DNA of 48,854 nt from IMG/VR virus record IMGVR_UViG_3300025635_000033, positions 1 to 48,854 of that record; one strand, written 5' to 3'. The stretch is from a virus (Duplodnaviria; Caudoviricetes). Positions 1 through 9,859 of the stretch are shown here, piece by piece (positions within the stretch are counted from its first letter, which is position 1; each line of letters starts with the position of its first letter). The translations under genes and the position numbers were made by a program. The notes under the pieces were generated by a model. That model did not search any database. It saw only the letters and a program-made list of their open reading frames with translations, and was not told where the DNA came from.

Positions 1-723
1 GACGGTCGGCGGGCCGCGCAGGACGGGCTTCGGATCCGGAGCGCCGAACATGCGGAAGCGCTGCGTCTTCTGGCCGTTGCCGCGCACCTTGATCAGCCGC
101 TTGTTGGCCAGTGCGGCCTTCTTCTGCCCGATCTCGCCGTCCAGCAGCTCGGCGGCGGCCATGAGCGCCAGCAGCCGGTCGTCGAGGTCGGCGACGTGCT
201 CGTCATCGGAGAACGGCGCGAGGTTGCGCACGGCGTGGAAGCGGAAGATGTTCTCGCGCGCCACCGTGTCGCCCGTCAGATCGGGGATCGGCCACACTTC
301 GATCTGGCCGCCTTCCGTGACCTGCCAACGCTGCGGCGGCCAGGCGCGCTGATCGCTGTCGCTGTCGTAGGCGTTGTAGTGCTGCTCGGTGATGCCGGGC
401 TCGAGCTTGCGCCAGATAGTGCCGTCGCGGACCCACATCTCGAAGACGCGGTCGATGGAGATGTCGTTACCGGCGACCAGCGAGCCGCTGACGTCCTTGA
501 GCGCGGCCGTCACGTCGTAGTAGCGCTGGCCATCCTGCGCGTTGAGATAGCGGAACACGCGCAGGTGCGTCCAGGTATAGTCGTCGTACAACTGCTCCTG
601 GATGCGCTGCAGGACGCGGACCTGATGGTCGCGCGCCTGTACGTTGTGAGCTGGGTTGGTGCTGATCTTCAGCTCGACGCGCAGGCTCGTCAGCACATCG
701 CCGAGCGTCTTCCCGCGCGCCAT
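1..723 (-). CDS. Head-tail adaptor / tail tubular protein A-like (3' end runs off the window)
   Basis: Not in ORF track. Open frame from ATG at 723: MARGKTLGDVLTSLRVELKISTNPAHN...QEQLYDDYTWTHLR...QIEVWPIPD...DLDDRLLALMAAAELL. Lies after capsid genes and before the nozzle across the junction. Confidence 0.75.
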   Translation of the reverse strand, partial: MARGKTLGDVLTSLRVELKISTNPAHNVQARDHQVRVLQRIQEQLYDDYTWTHLRVFRYLNAQDGQRYYDVTAALKDVSGSLVAGNDISIDRVFEMWVRDGTIWRKLEPGITEQHYNAYDSDSDQRAWPPQRWQVTEGGQIEVWPIPDLTGDTVARENIFRFHAVRNLAPFSDDEHVADLDDRLLALMAAAELLDGEIGQKKAALANKRLIKVRGNGQKTQRFRMFGAPDPKPVLRGPPTV

Positions 724-733
724 GCTCTACTCC

Positions 734-1255
734 CTAGCCCAGCGCGCCGGTGGTCGGCTGCTCGACGGGCTCGTCGTCGGCCGCCAGCTCGACCAGGCCG
801 CCTTCGTCTTCGTCGCCGGCTTCCGGCTCGGGCGCCGGGATCAGCTCGCCGTCGTCGGCCGCCAGCCGCATACCGGCCTCGGCCTCGGCGATCATGGCGC
901 GCTGCCGCGCCGACCCGCCGCGCCCGATGCGAACCGCGGCGAACTGCGAGTCGTCCAGCATCAGCTCGTCCAGCTTCTCGAAGACGCGGGCCGCGGCGCC
1001 GGGGTACAGCTTCTCGATGTGCGGCTCGCCGTTGTTGTTCTTGGCGTTGCCGTAGATGGCCTGGAGGCGGCTGCGCTCGGCGCGCTGGGAGCGCGCGACG
1101 GTGCCGATCAGCTTGACCTCGGTGATGGCGTCGTTGCCGTGGATCACCTGCAGCAGCGCGATTTCGGCTGCGGTGACGCGCTTCGGAACGGTGTTGCCGA
1201 TGTCACCGCCGAGGGCGACGAGGACGTCAGCGACTTCAAATGAGGAGTTGGCCAT
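734..1255 (-). CDS. Hypothetical head-module protein with acidic C-terminus
   Basis: 173 aa ORF, GAGG Shine-Dalgarno, co-oriented with head genes. Confidence 0.7.
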   Translation of the reverse strand: MANSSFEVADVLVALGGDIGNTVPKRVTAAEIALLQVIHGNDAITEVKLIGTVARSQRAERSRLQAIYGNAKNNNGEPHIEKLYPGAAARVFEKLDELMLDDSQFAAVRIGRGGSARQRAMIAEAEAGMRLAADDGELIPAPEPEAGDEDEGGLVELAADDEPVEQPTTGALG

Positions 1256-1274
1256 GTGTGCCTCAGAGGGTGGG

Positions 1275-1306
1275 AGAGAAGAGACGGCGGGGCCGAAGCC
1301 CCGCCG
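1275..1306 (-). terminator. Intrinsic terminator after capsid genes
   Basis: Minus strand CGGCGGGGC-TTCG-GCCCCGCCG followed by pyrimidine run TCTCTTCTCT. Confidence 0.65.
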
Positions 1307-1336
1307 CAGCGGACATCGCTTGCGCGAGCCGTAGGT

Positions 1337-2002
1337 TTACAGGATGTCCGGCTGGATCTTGATGAGCAGATTGCCCGTGCCTTCCGAGAACGCCGTCACC
1401 GAAGACGCCTCGATGGACAGCTTGCTCTCACGCACCAGACGATTGGCGCCGGTGATGCGTGAGCTGGCAACGCGGGCACCCTTGGGTGTCAGCGTCGCGG
1501 ACGTCAGGGCGATCGTGCCGCCAGTCAGATTGGTCGTGTCGATCTCGGCGTTGAGCGTCGCGAGCTTCGAGGCGGTCGAGACCGCCTTGTCGGCCACGAA
1601 CTCCATGTGCGTGATGTAGCCCTTCACACCCGGCCGGATTTCGGTCACGACGTCGGCCGCCGTGATCGACGCCAGGTCGAGATGAAGCGACAAGATGATC
1701 GGCGGCGACGCCCACACCGGGAGCCAGCCGCGAATCTTCGTGCCGGCGGCCCAGGACGAACCGGAGAGGTTCGTCAGGGTGATGTCGGAGTTGCCGAACG
1801 TGAAGCTGACGCCGGGGTCGGCGTCCGACAACTTGTCGTTGTCGTCCAACATCACGTTGCCGGCGCCTTCCTTGTAGTTGCCGGCGTTGAAGGTGAGCTG
1901 ACTCGTGCCGGACGGGTACGCGACAGTCACGGTGCCGTCATCGGCGACGGCGGTGCCGAGCGTCACCTCGAAGGTGTAGCCCTCGTTGGGGATGTAAGCC
2001 AT
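1337..2002 (-). CDS. Putative capsid decoration / minor head protein
   Basis: 221 aa Thr/Ser/Gly-rich, beta-type composition, directly after the major capsid gene. Confidence 0.6.
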   Translation of the reverse strand: MAYIPNEGYTFEVTLGTAVADDGTVTVAYPSGTSQLTFNAGNYKEGAGNVMLDDNDKLSDADPGVSFTFGNSDITLTNLSGSSWAAGTKIRGWLPVWASPPIILSLHLDLASITAADVVTEIRPGVKGYITHMEFVADKAVSTASKLATLNAEIDTTNLTGGTIALTSATLTPKGARVASSRITGANRLVRESKLSIEASSVTAFSEGTGNLLIKIQPDIL

Positions 2003-2017
2003 GATGTCGGCCCTTTC

Positions 2018-3097
2018 CTAGTTGATCTCGATGACTTCGGACGTGTTGAGCTGCTGCGCAGTCATCACGGCGGTCGTCGAGATGCCGTTATACATGACGA
2101 GGCGATCGTAGGGCCGCGCCGGGTTGTGCTTCTTCATGCGCTGCCCGTTCATGTAGAGCAGGCGGATGCGGCGCATGTCGATGATATACATGAACTTGCC
2201 GCGGCTCAGGTCGTCGAGCGTGGGATCCCACTCGATCGGCTTGCCCTTGAACTTCAGCGCAGCCATGCCGCCGTCGACGGCACCCTCACGCATGAAGCCG
2301 TCCTGCGTGTAGTTGCCGTTGGCGCGCAACTCGCGCTCCAAGGCGTCGTACACATCGCTGCCGCAGAAGAAGCGCCAGCGGGTGCCGCCCTGCGCGTACT
2401 TGCCGAGCAGACGCAGCTCCTTCTGCAGGAACTGCAGGAGAGCGCCGCCGCCCGAGGTCGAGGACGTGATCTTGTCCTGGCCGCCGGCGAGGGCGTAGGC
2501 CGCCGTCGCGGCGCGGTTGCGCCACCACGAGTTGGCCGAGCGGCTGAGGCCGCCGGTCGTGCCGACAGCCGGGCTGTCGAGGATCAGTGAACGGATGCCC
2601 GCGAGCGCCTTGGTGTCGGACGTGCCGTCACCGTGCAGCAGCGTGTCGAGGCCCTTGGCGTAGTCCTCGCCCAGGTCGTCGTTCTTCTCGTCGAGCAGGC
2701 CGGCGAGCACATGCGCCTCGCGGCCCTCGACGGGGCTCGGCGACTGGTCCGCGCTGGTGTCTTCGACCTGGATGCCGTCGACCTTCAGCTCGGTGTGCGT
2801 GATCACCTGGCCGATGTAGTGCTCCTTCCAGGCGTACTTCACGCGACGGTTGCTCGTCGAGTTGTAGTGCGTCAGCTGGTCGTCGCCGGAATAGCCGGCC
2901 AGCGACCCGCCGCCCTGGCCGGACTTGACGCCCAGCGAGACGTAGGAGTTGCCGCCCGAGAACGAGCCTCGGGCCTCGTCGAACGCCTTCAGCATCGGCT
3001 TGTTGGCCACGTTCTGCTTGAAGACGGTGCCCTTCTCGATATACGCCTCGAGCGAGCTTGCGTTGATGTTTGCGATTTCTTCCGCGGTAAACGGCAT
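2018..3097 (-). CDS. Major capsid protein
   Basis: 359 aa after scaffold. Motifs LHGDGTSDTKALAGI, NSWWRN, KFKGKPIEWDPTLDDL and PARPYDRLV are typical of HK97-fold capsids of this phage group. Confidence 0.9.
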   Translation of the reverse strand: MPFTAEEIANINASSLEAYIEKGTVFKQNVANKPMLKAFDEARGSFSGGNSYVSLGVKSGQGGGSLAGYSGDDQLTHYNSTSNRRVKYAWKEHYIGQVITHTELKVDGIQVEDTSADQSPSPVEGREAHVLAGLLDEKNDDLGEDYAKGLDTLLHGDGTSDTKALAGIRSLILDSPAVGTTGGLSRSANSWWRNRAATAAYALAGGQDKITSSTSGGGALLQFLQKELRLLGKYAQGGTRWRFFCGSDVYDALERELRANGNYTQDGFMREGAVDGGMAALKFKGKPIEWDPTLDDLSRGKFMYIIDMRRIRLLYMNGQRMKKHNPARPYDRLVMYNGISTTAVMTAQQLNTSEVIEIN

Positions 3098-3112
3098 TGG
3101 ATAGCCCTGTGG

Positions 3113-4135
3113 CTAGCCAGCGGCCCGGCGCCCGACTACGTTCTTGATGATGTCGAGCGTGCTTGCCGGTTTCGGCTGGCTGGTTCCTGACGCGCTGCCG
3201 GCGGCCGAGATGTCGCGGGTCTTCCCCTGCCCAACGGTCGGAGCCGTCGAGCCGGTACGAGCGGCGCGGGGCGAGGGAATCGCCTTGTACGCCGCCGCGA
3301 GCTGTTCCTTGACGCCTTCCGGGGTCGTCGGCTTCCAGCCCGCACTCTGAAGACGCTGAATCTCAGCCATCAGCTGCTCTTGCTTGGCGTTGAAGCTCGG
3401 ATCCTTTTTCGCCCGGTCGGCACACCAGTCTCGCGCGGTGGACTGAAGCTGATTGCTCGCTTCTTCCTGCCGCTGCCGCTCCTGCCGCTGCTGCTCAAAG
3501 GTTCGACCCTTCTCGCCGCTGGCCACCGTCGCTCGCGCGGTGGCGATTTCCGAAGCGGCCTCGGCGGACAGCTCGCCCTTCGAGACACGCTCCTGCAGGT
3601 CTTGCGGAAGCACCTCGCCTGCGTCGATCAGCAACTGCTGCACGATCGGCTTCAGGGCCTTCCAGGCGCCGGCGGCGTCACCCCGCTTGATCATCGCCGC
3701 CACGGTCAGCGCGTTGGCACTTTCCTCGGCAGAGACGTTGTTCTCGTCCAGGAACTTCTGAACGCTGCGGTAGCGCGTCGCGTCCTGCTCCGCTTCCTTC
3801 TTGGTGCGCAGCAGGTGCTGGAAACGAGGATGCTTGTGGAACGGAACGTCCGAGTAGTTCTCGTCGTCCGGCTCCTTGGCGCCGCCTTCCTTGGCGGTTT
3901 CGGCTCCGTCTTCTTCACCTTCGGCTGGCGAGGCCGCGCCGTCTCGCGCCTTCACGACATCGCGAACGATGCCAAGGGCGCCTTCGGCGTTTTCGCCTTG
4001 CGCGTCGGACGAGTCCGCGCCAGTTGCAGCGTCGACAGGAGCCCCGTTGTCGAGGTTCTTGTCCGCCGCATCGTCCAGGGCTGCATCGGTGGACGAGGTC
4101 GATGCGAGGTCGTCGTCCAAATTCTCTAGGGGCAT
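3113..4135 (-). CDS. Capsid scaffolding protein
   Basis: Acidic N-terminus, VPFHKHPRFQ motif, coiled coil, located between portal and capsid. Confidence 0.8.
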   Translation of the reverse strand: MPLENLDDDLASTSSTDAALDDAADKNLDNGAPVDAATGADSSDAQGENAEGALGIVRDVVKARDGAASPAEGEEDGAETAKEGGAKEPDDENYSDVPFHKHPRFQHLLRTKKEAEQDATRYRSVQKFLDENNVSAEESANALTVAAMIKRGDAAGAWKALKPIVQQLLIDAGEVLPQDLQERVSKGELSAEAASEIATARATVASGEKGRTFEQQRQERQRQEEASNQLQSTARDWCADRAKKDPSFNAKQEQLMAEIQRLQSAGWKPTTPEGVKEQLAAAYKAIPSPRAARTGSTAPTVGQGKTRDISAAGSASGTSQPKPASTLDIIKNVVGRRAAG

Positions 4136-4193
4136 CTAAGCTCCGGTTGAGGAAGCCCAATGTAGGGCATGTCTGACGCAGTCGCCAGCAATT

Positions 4194-6479
4194 TCAGACA
4201 CCGGGGCTCTGGTTGTTGCCCATCGGCGCCGCGCTGCCGGACGGACCGGACGGCGTCTGGTTCTTGTCGCCGCCCTCACCACCCTGCTGGTTGGGGTCCT
4301 TCTGCGGATCACCCTGCGCAGGCTGCGCGTTGCGGTTCTGCGCGACGATGGCAGGCACGCCGGCCGCGATGGCCTCCGTGAGGTCGATGCGGTCGTCGAG
4401 GCGGCGCACCATTTCGCGCGCCAGCCACGTCGGCGGGATGGAGCCGACCTGCAGCAGGAGCGGACCGAGCTCCTTCATGTTGCGGATCTCGGCGGCCTGG
4501 TTGGGCTTGCCTGTGGAGCCGGCTTCGACCTCGAGGAACACTTCGTCGTAAATCTGCTCGGGCGTCATGCCGAGGTCTTCGACCCACACGGCGCCGCGCC
4601 CGGCGATCTTGATGGCGTCCTCCTTCGTCAGCTTCTCCATGAGGATCTGGCCACCGTCGCGGGCCATCATCGTCAGGAACGAGTCGAGGTCGTCGGTGCC
4701 CGAGCTGTCGATTGACGAGTTGGAGCCGTCAGCGATGGCCGCCTGGGTGGCCGTGGACTTCGTCATGCCGCCCAGCTGCGCGGCCTGCGCGCCGACGCTC
4801 AAGGCGGCGTCCTGCATCACCTCGTTCGTGTCGTAGAGGTTCGGATCGACGCCCGGAACCGGGATCGGCTGCAGGACCTTCGCGACGTCCTGTTCCTGGC
4901 TGAGGCCGGTGAGCCCGATGACGTCGAACGGCTTCGCCTTCTGCAGGTTCGGTATGTCCTGCTCCTCGTCGAGCGAGCCCTTGGCGTAAGCCCAGCGCGG
5001 CCGGGCGGCGTCGCGGTGCTCGCGCTTGCCCTGGCGGCTGCGGTTCAATTCCGCCTGGATATTCTCCAGTTTCTCGACGTCGGACTTCGGGAAGACCTCT
5101 TTTTCGCTCTCGACGTCGTTGAACGTGAGCGGGTAGACGGACCAGAAGCGCGGGACGGTGACTTCGGGCGGCGCCGGCGGCCGAATGTGCTTCGAGTGGC
5201 CGTCGACGAGGTAGTAGACGAGCCCCGACCGCTTATCGAAGTGCTTGTAGAGGCAGACGAGGTCGGAATCCTTGCCCTGCGCTCCGAAAACGCCTTCGGA
5301 GCTGTTGGTGTCGTCGCCGCCGGTGTCGATGCCGCGGCTTTCGCCGTATAGGCGCTTCCCGTCGATCGTGTAGGGCGTGTAGTTGGTGCCGAGGTCGACC
5401 TTGAACGTCTCCTCGATGTCGCATTTCGGCCGGACGTACTCGATGGTCAGGTGGTTGCCGCCCATGAAGCCCGGCAGGGCCGTTATCATGCGGTCAGGGA
5501 TGACGCGGGTGGCCTGGATGAAATCGAACTTGAGGCCACGGCGCATGACGACCTGCGGCTGCGCCTCCAGCCCGGCAATCATCTGCTGCAGCTCGGCGAT
5601 TTCGGCCGAGTATTCGTCGATTTCGCCTTCGGCCGCCTCTTTCAGGAGGTATTCCAGGTGCGCAACGCGCTTGCGGTAGTCGGCCAGCGAGTCCGTGACG
5701 GACGACGGGATGCCGTACTCCTCCTGGAACGTCATCTCGACGTAACCGACGCCCATCGTGAGCGCCCGGCGCGCAAGGCGCTTCATGCTGGACTTGAAGT
5801 CGAGCGGCGTCTGCTGGCGCATCGCGTCGGCGAACACCAGCTCGAGCGTGCGGCCGAACTTCTTGAGCGCGGCGCGGATCGCCATACCCTGCTTGAAGTC
5901 CTCGACGACCGCGACGGCCTCCGCATAGCCTGGCGGCAGCGCCGGCTGGACAGGCTCCATAGGCGGGCCGCCGTTGTGGCCCATCGGCGACGCGAAAACA
6001 CCCTGAGTCTGTGCGGCGACCTGCGCGGTTGCGGCGTTGGCGGCGTTCGCCGCTTCGATCGCCATGCCGCCGGCCGCCACAGTCTGCATCGCAACCTGCA
6101 GCGACTCGATGGTCTCGTCCCACACGACGAAGTCGAGCGACTCCTTGCGGCGGGCGACGACGCGCGGGTTCTTGGCGTACAGCGCCGCCGTCTTCATGTT
6201 GATGTGCTGGCCCGTGATGTTGGCCGAGTAGTTGGTCTCGGCCCACTCCGGGGCGCGGCCGTGCAGGGCGATGAACGCCGAGCGATCCATGCGCTTGAAC
6301 GCCTTTTTGAAGTGATCCTTGTCGCGCCGGATCGTCTCCAGGACGCGCTTGATCAGCTTCGCATCGGCCTCGCTCTGCTTGTCGTCGGCGGCGACGCCCG
6401 TCGTGTCGACCGGGTCGCTGTCGCTGGACACGTCGCCGTGTACGGCGGTGTCGTCCTCCATTTCATACCCGTCCGACAT
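4194..6479 (-). CDS. Portal protein
   Basis: Large acidic ORF after terL. Likely start ATG 6479 overlapping the terL stop (TGATG). P22-like portal features (ATQAAI, EVEAGSTGKPN). Confidence 0.85.
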   Translation of the reverse strand: MSDGYEMEDDTAVHGDVSSDSDPVDTTGVAADDKQSEADAKLIKRVLETIRRDKDHFKKAFKRMDRSAFIALHGRAPEWAETNYSANITGQHINMKTAALYAKNPRVVARRKESLDFVVWDETIESLQVAMQTVAAGGMAIEAANAANAATAQVAAQTQGVFASPMGHNGGPPMEPVQPALPPGYAEAVAVVEDFKQGMAIRAALKKFGRTLELVFADAMRQQTPLDFKSSMKRLARRALTMGVGYVEMTFQEEYGIPSSVTDSLADYRKRVAHLEYLLKEAAEGEIDEYSAEIAELQQMIAGLEAQPQVVMRRGLKFDFIQATRVIPDRMITALPGFMGGNHLTIEYVRPKCDIEETFKVDLGTNYTPYTIDGKRLYGESRGIDTGGDDTNSSEGVFGAQGKDSDLVCLYKHFDKRSGLVYYLVDGHSKHIRPPAPPEVTVPRFWSVYPLTFNDVESEKEVFPKSDVEKLENIQAELNRSRQGKREHRDAARPRWAYAKGSLDEEQDIPNLQKAKPFDVIGLTGLSQEQDVAKVLQPIPVPGVDPNLYDTNEVMQDAALSVGAQAAQLGGMTKSTATQAAIADGSNSSIDSSGTDDLDSFLTMMARDGGQILMEKLTKEDAIKIAGRGAVWVEDLGMTPEQIYDEVFLEVEAGSTGKPNQAAEIRNMKELGPLLLQVGSIPPTWLAREMVRRLDDRIDLTEAIAAGVPAIVAQNRNAQPAQGDPQKDPNQQGGEGGDKNQTPSGPSGSAAPMGNNQSPGV

Positions 6480-9139
6480 CAGAAACCACCGGCCTCGCGC
6501 CGCCCCTGTTCGTCCTTTTTCCACTTCTCCGCGTACTTCACCCATTCGAGCGAGCCGAACCGCGGCGCCGTCGAGGTCGTGGGTGCAGCCGACGCCCGAA
6601 CCTGGCGCGGGAGACCAAGCCCAATATAGGCCAAGGCGTCGACGAAGTCATCGTGAGTGCCGTTCGGGAAGGCCATAAGCTCGTTGATGGCCTTCTCCGT
6701 CCACCAGGCGGCCTTCGGAAACAGGACCTTGCCCATCGCGACGCGGGCGGCGATGGACTGCGCGCGCTGCTCCTTGTCGACGGCCGGCGTGACCTCGACG
6801 ACGTTCATGTAGCGCCCGGTTTCGACCATGCGCTTGCGCAGGAACGGGCCAATCGACTTCGAGATGTGGCCGCGCTCGGCCCACCACATCAGCGGGCGGC
6901 GCTTGTCGCCGGCGCCCATCTCCAGCATCGCCTCCACCACGGCATCCGTCTTCGCGCGCCGCCAGTAGCAGTCGATCAGGTAGACGTTGTCCTGGCGATC
7001 GACGCCGATCTTGATGAGGCAGGTCTTGTCGTTGCGCTGGTTGGTGCCGACGGCGTGGTCGCTGGCGCAGTAGTAGCGCAGCTCCTCGGGTAGGTCCTTG
7101 GGCTCGTAATACCGAATGTTCTCGCGCTGAAACAACGTACCGTCGGCGACGGTCGGATTCTGCTGGTACAGAGCCTCGAAGCCGAGCGGATCCATGCGCC
7201 GTTGGCTCTCCAGGAACTCCTTGTCGTAGCGGGCGGGCCACAGCGGCTCCCCGACCGCGCGGCCAAGCGGGTCGTCCTCCTCGGCCAGCGCCGGCAACCG
7301 GATGATCTTCCACTTCTTGGCCTCTTCGGCATTGTAGTGGGTGTTTTCCGGGTCCGTGAGCCGGCCGATGATATCGTCGCTGTGCCAGCGCGTCATCGTC
7401 AGCAGCACCAGCTTCAGGCCCATGCGGCGGGTCATAAACACCTTCACGAACCAATTCCACGCCTGGTCGCGGATCGTCTGGCTGCTCGCCTCGGCGTGGT
7501 CCTTGAACAGGTCGTCGCCCATGCCGGCGTTCATGCCGCGGCCCGTCAGCGCGCCGCCGCGGCCGACGAACACCAGTCGCCCGCCGCGCTCCGTCTGGAT
7601 GTTGTCTTTGGCCGAGCCGCCCTTGCGCAAGCGGTACTCGGGGAACACCTGGCGGTGCTGGGGGCTGGTGATGATGGCGCGCGTGTCGGCGCCGAAGTCG
7701 GCGGCCATAGTGTCGGAGTAAGACGCGACGGCAAGGTCCCATTCGGGATGCCGACCACTCACCCAGGCGGCCAGCCGCTTCGTCGCCATCTCGGTGTTGT
7801 GCGTCGGGATATAGTGGCGCCCGACAAGATACAGCCCGTCTTCGCGCGCCACCTTGATGCAGCGAGCCAAACCGGGCTCCTGCGCACCGACGGATACGAT
7901 CGACACGCGGCGGCGCACAGCGAAGCGGTTAGTGCGCTTTCGCGGAATCCTGGTCGGAATCGACAGGTTCGGTTGAAACCCGACCTGGTAAATTATCTTG
8001 CGTCCGATGGTGCCGGACGAGCTGGTGCAAGGCGGCACCTCGACGATGTACGGCCTAAAGCCGAGGCCGGCTGCGAGATCGAACACGCCGTCTCGCAGCG
8101 CCGGGCTGCACGTCGAAAACCGCACGCGCCCGGTGCCGCGCTCGACGTGGCCGTCTGTGTCGATCAAGCCAGCTAAAAGCTCAAGGCGTTGCGTCACGGA
8201 GGAGCGGAGATAGCCTTCCGGAATGTGCTTGTCGCGCAGCGCGCTGGTCGCACGAAGTGCGTCCTGTAGCCCGGATTTCCAGAAGTCGGCGTAGCCGACG
8301 CCCGTCTCCTTCTGGACCCATCGTTGGCTTGGCGCGTACCCGGCGGCGATGAACGCAGCGACAACCTCTTCGTCCCGAACGTCATGCGCGATGCGCGGGC
8401 TTCCTGCGGCGCCATCCCCGAGCCAGGCGCCGAAAACGTAAGGGTTGAGCGGAAGATTGGCGGTAGGATACTCGACAGCCGCCACATCCGGAAGCTGCAA
8501 CACCCAGCGGCCCCCGCGTCGGTTAGCCGGCCCGATGCGCAATTTGCGAGCGGCTATCTGCGCGGTCGTCATCGTGCGCCAGCAGCCGCGCGATCGATCG
8601 AACACCGTCCACAGGTGGCCGAGGTCGCAGCGCACGACCGCCCCGTTGGAGAACGTCACCGGCACGACACCGTCCGCCGGCTCCTCGACCAGCTCAATCC
8701 GGACGGGCTTGCCATCCGGCCCGAACACATAGTCGCCCGCCTTCAAGTCTCCGTGTTGAACGAACCCTTTCGGCGTAGGCACTGGCTCGTCATCGGCAAT
8801 CCGCTTCCCGTGTCGCGGCGGCATCACGAAGATCAGCTGTGGCGTGCGGCCGGACTCCCAATCCTGCAGCGCCTTCGCGACCAGGCGGTGAAATTCCTCA
8901 TCCTCGTAGGCCGACCGGCTGACGTCGCCCGGCGCCTCGGGGTGCGGCATCGTGAACTTGGTGTAGACCAGCAGGTCGTCGCGCGCCTTGCGGGCGACAA
9001 GCTGTCGCTCGCGCAGCGCGATTTCACGCTGGATCTGCGTCGCCTCGGCGGCGCGCTCGGCTTCCGCGCCGCGCTTCTCGGGCGGCACGAAGTCGAAGCG
9101 CTTCCCGGTCTTCGGGTTGTAGTTCGGCGGGCGGCCCAT
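6479..9139 (-). CDS. terL: Terminase large subunit with intein
   Basis: Walker A MPPRHGK|T split by intein, GGALTGRG, Walker B GDDLFKD, TRWHSDD, ALYQQNP, C-terminal FPNGTHDDFVDAL. Confidence 0.97.
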   Translation of the reverse strand: MGRPPNYNPKTGKRFDFVPPEKRGAEAERAAEATQIQREIALRERQLVARKARDDLLVYTKFTMPHPEAPGDVSRSAYEDEEFHRLVAKALQDWESGRTPQLIFVMPPRHGKRIADDEPVPTPKGFVQHGDLKAGDYVFGPDGKPVRIELVEEPADGVVPVTFSNGAVVRCDLGHLWTVFDRSRGCWRTMTTAQIAARKLRIGPANRRGGRWVLQLPDVAAVEYPTANLPLNPYVFGAWLGDGAAGSPRIAHDVRDEEVVAAFIAAGYAPSQRWVQKETGVGYADFWKSGLQDALRATSALRDKHIPEGYLRSSVTQRLELLAGLIDTDGHVERGTGRVRFSTCSPALRDGVFDLAAGLGFRPYIVEVPPCTSSSGTIGRKIIYQVGFQPNLSIPTRIPRKRTNRFAVRRRVSIVSVGAQEPGLARCIKVAREDGLYLVGRHYIPTHNTEMATKRLAAWVSGRHPEWDLAVASYSDTMAADFGADTRAIITSPQHRQVFPEYRLRKGGSAKDNIQTERGGRLVFVGRGGALTGRGMNAGMGDDLFKDHAEASSQTIRDQAWNWFVKVFMTRRMGLKLVLLTMTRWHSDDIIGRLTDPENTHYNAEEAKKWKIIRLPALAEEDDPLGRAVGEPLWPARYDKEFLESQRRMDPLGFEALYQQNPTVADGTLFQRENIRYYEPKDLPEELRYYCASDHAVGTNQRNDKTCLIKIGVDRQDNVYLIDCYWRRAKTDAVVEAMLEMGAGDKRRPLMWWAERGHISKSIGPFLRKRMVETGRYMNVVEVTPAVDKEQRAQSIAARVAMGKVLFPKAAWWTEKAINELMAFPNGTHDDFVDALAYIGLGLPRQVRASAAPTTSTAPRFGSLEWVKYAEKWKKDEQGRREAGGF
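7796..8803 (-). mobile_element. Class 3 intein (336 aa) with LAGLIDADG homing endonuclease
   Basis: Starts RIADDEPVPTPKG, ends YIPTHN before Thr. Block B GHLW, block F RCIKV, endonuclease blocks GAWLGDG and LAGLIDTDG. Confidence 0.92.
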
Positions 9140-9481
9140 CTAGCTCCGAATCTCGCCCGGAACGAAGCACAGGACGGTCGAGCCGATGATGCAGGCGTGC
9201 GAGCGGCCATCCGGCGACGGGATCGACAGCAGCGCGTTCGGCGGCACAGCCAGCCAGCGGCCGTCGTGCCAGACTTCCCACAAGCCGTCTTCGCCGACGC
9301 GCGCACGGGTCGGGCCGCAGTCCTGGTCGTTGCAGCACGACGTCGTCGTGCCGGGGATTTTCCAGTCGTGATACTGGTCGTGGGCGCGGGCGCTGGAAAA
9401 GAACGACCAGGTGAACATCGCCAGGGAGAACACGAAGGCGGCGTAGGACATACCGAGCAGAATTTCAGCCCATCTCCTCAT
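9140..9481 (-). CDS. Exported Cys-rich hypothetical protein
   Basis: Start ATG 9481 overlaps the o-spanin stop. N-terminal hydrophobic signal ending ARA-H, SCCNDQDC motif, SPDGRSHAC, LCFVPG. Confidence 0.75.
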   Translation of the reverse strand: MRRWAEILLGMSYAAFVFSLAMFTWSFFSSARAHDQYHDWKIPGTTTSCCNDQDCGPTRARVGEDGLWEVWHDGRWLAVPPNALLSIPSPDGRSHACIIGSTVLCFVPGEIRS

Positions 9482-9681
9482 CGCGGAGCCCTCCAGCATC
9501 CGCGCGACACGCCGTATTCGTTGTGCTCGAGCACGTCCGCGACGAATTGCGACGACATGTTCCGCACGTCGTCGGCGCTGGGCTGCATCATCTTCCAGCC
9601 GGCGCACGGGTTAGCGGGGCTACTTGCGCACCCAGCGACCAAGATCGCTGCGGCGCTGATCGTCAGGGCGAGACGCAACAT
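9478..9681 (-). CDS. Outer-membrane spanin (Rz1-like lipoprotein)
   Basis: Signal peptide with lipobox LVAG-C, extra Cys residues, overlaps the end of the i-spanin. Confidence 0.8.
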   Translation of the reverse strand: MLRLALTISAAAILVAGCASSPANPCAGWKMMQPSADDVRNMSSQFVADVLEHNEYGVSRGCWRAPR

Positions 9682-9859
9682 CGGTGTGGACCTCTTCTCT
9701 GATCTGGTGGTTGCGGATGGACTGCTGGGCCTGCGCGGCGCGCTCGCTGCGCTTGCCGGCAGCGAAGACGCGCCACAGGATCGCGGCGACGACGGCCAGA
9801 GCGGCCGCCGCCGAAGCGAGCGCGCGCCCGGCTTTCGTGTTGAGGAGCCAAGCGATCAC
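9620..9859 (-). CDS. Inner-membrane spanin (Rz-like)
   Basis: GTG start 9859, N-terminal TM helix followed by helical periplasmic segment, downstream of endolysin. Confidence 0.75.
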   Translation of the reverse strand: MIAWLLNTKAGRALASAAAALAVVAAILWRVFAAGKRSERAAQAQQSIRNHQIREEVHTDVASRPDDQRRSDLGRWVRK

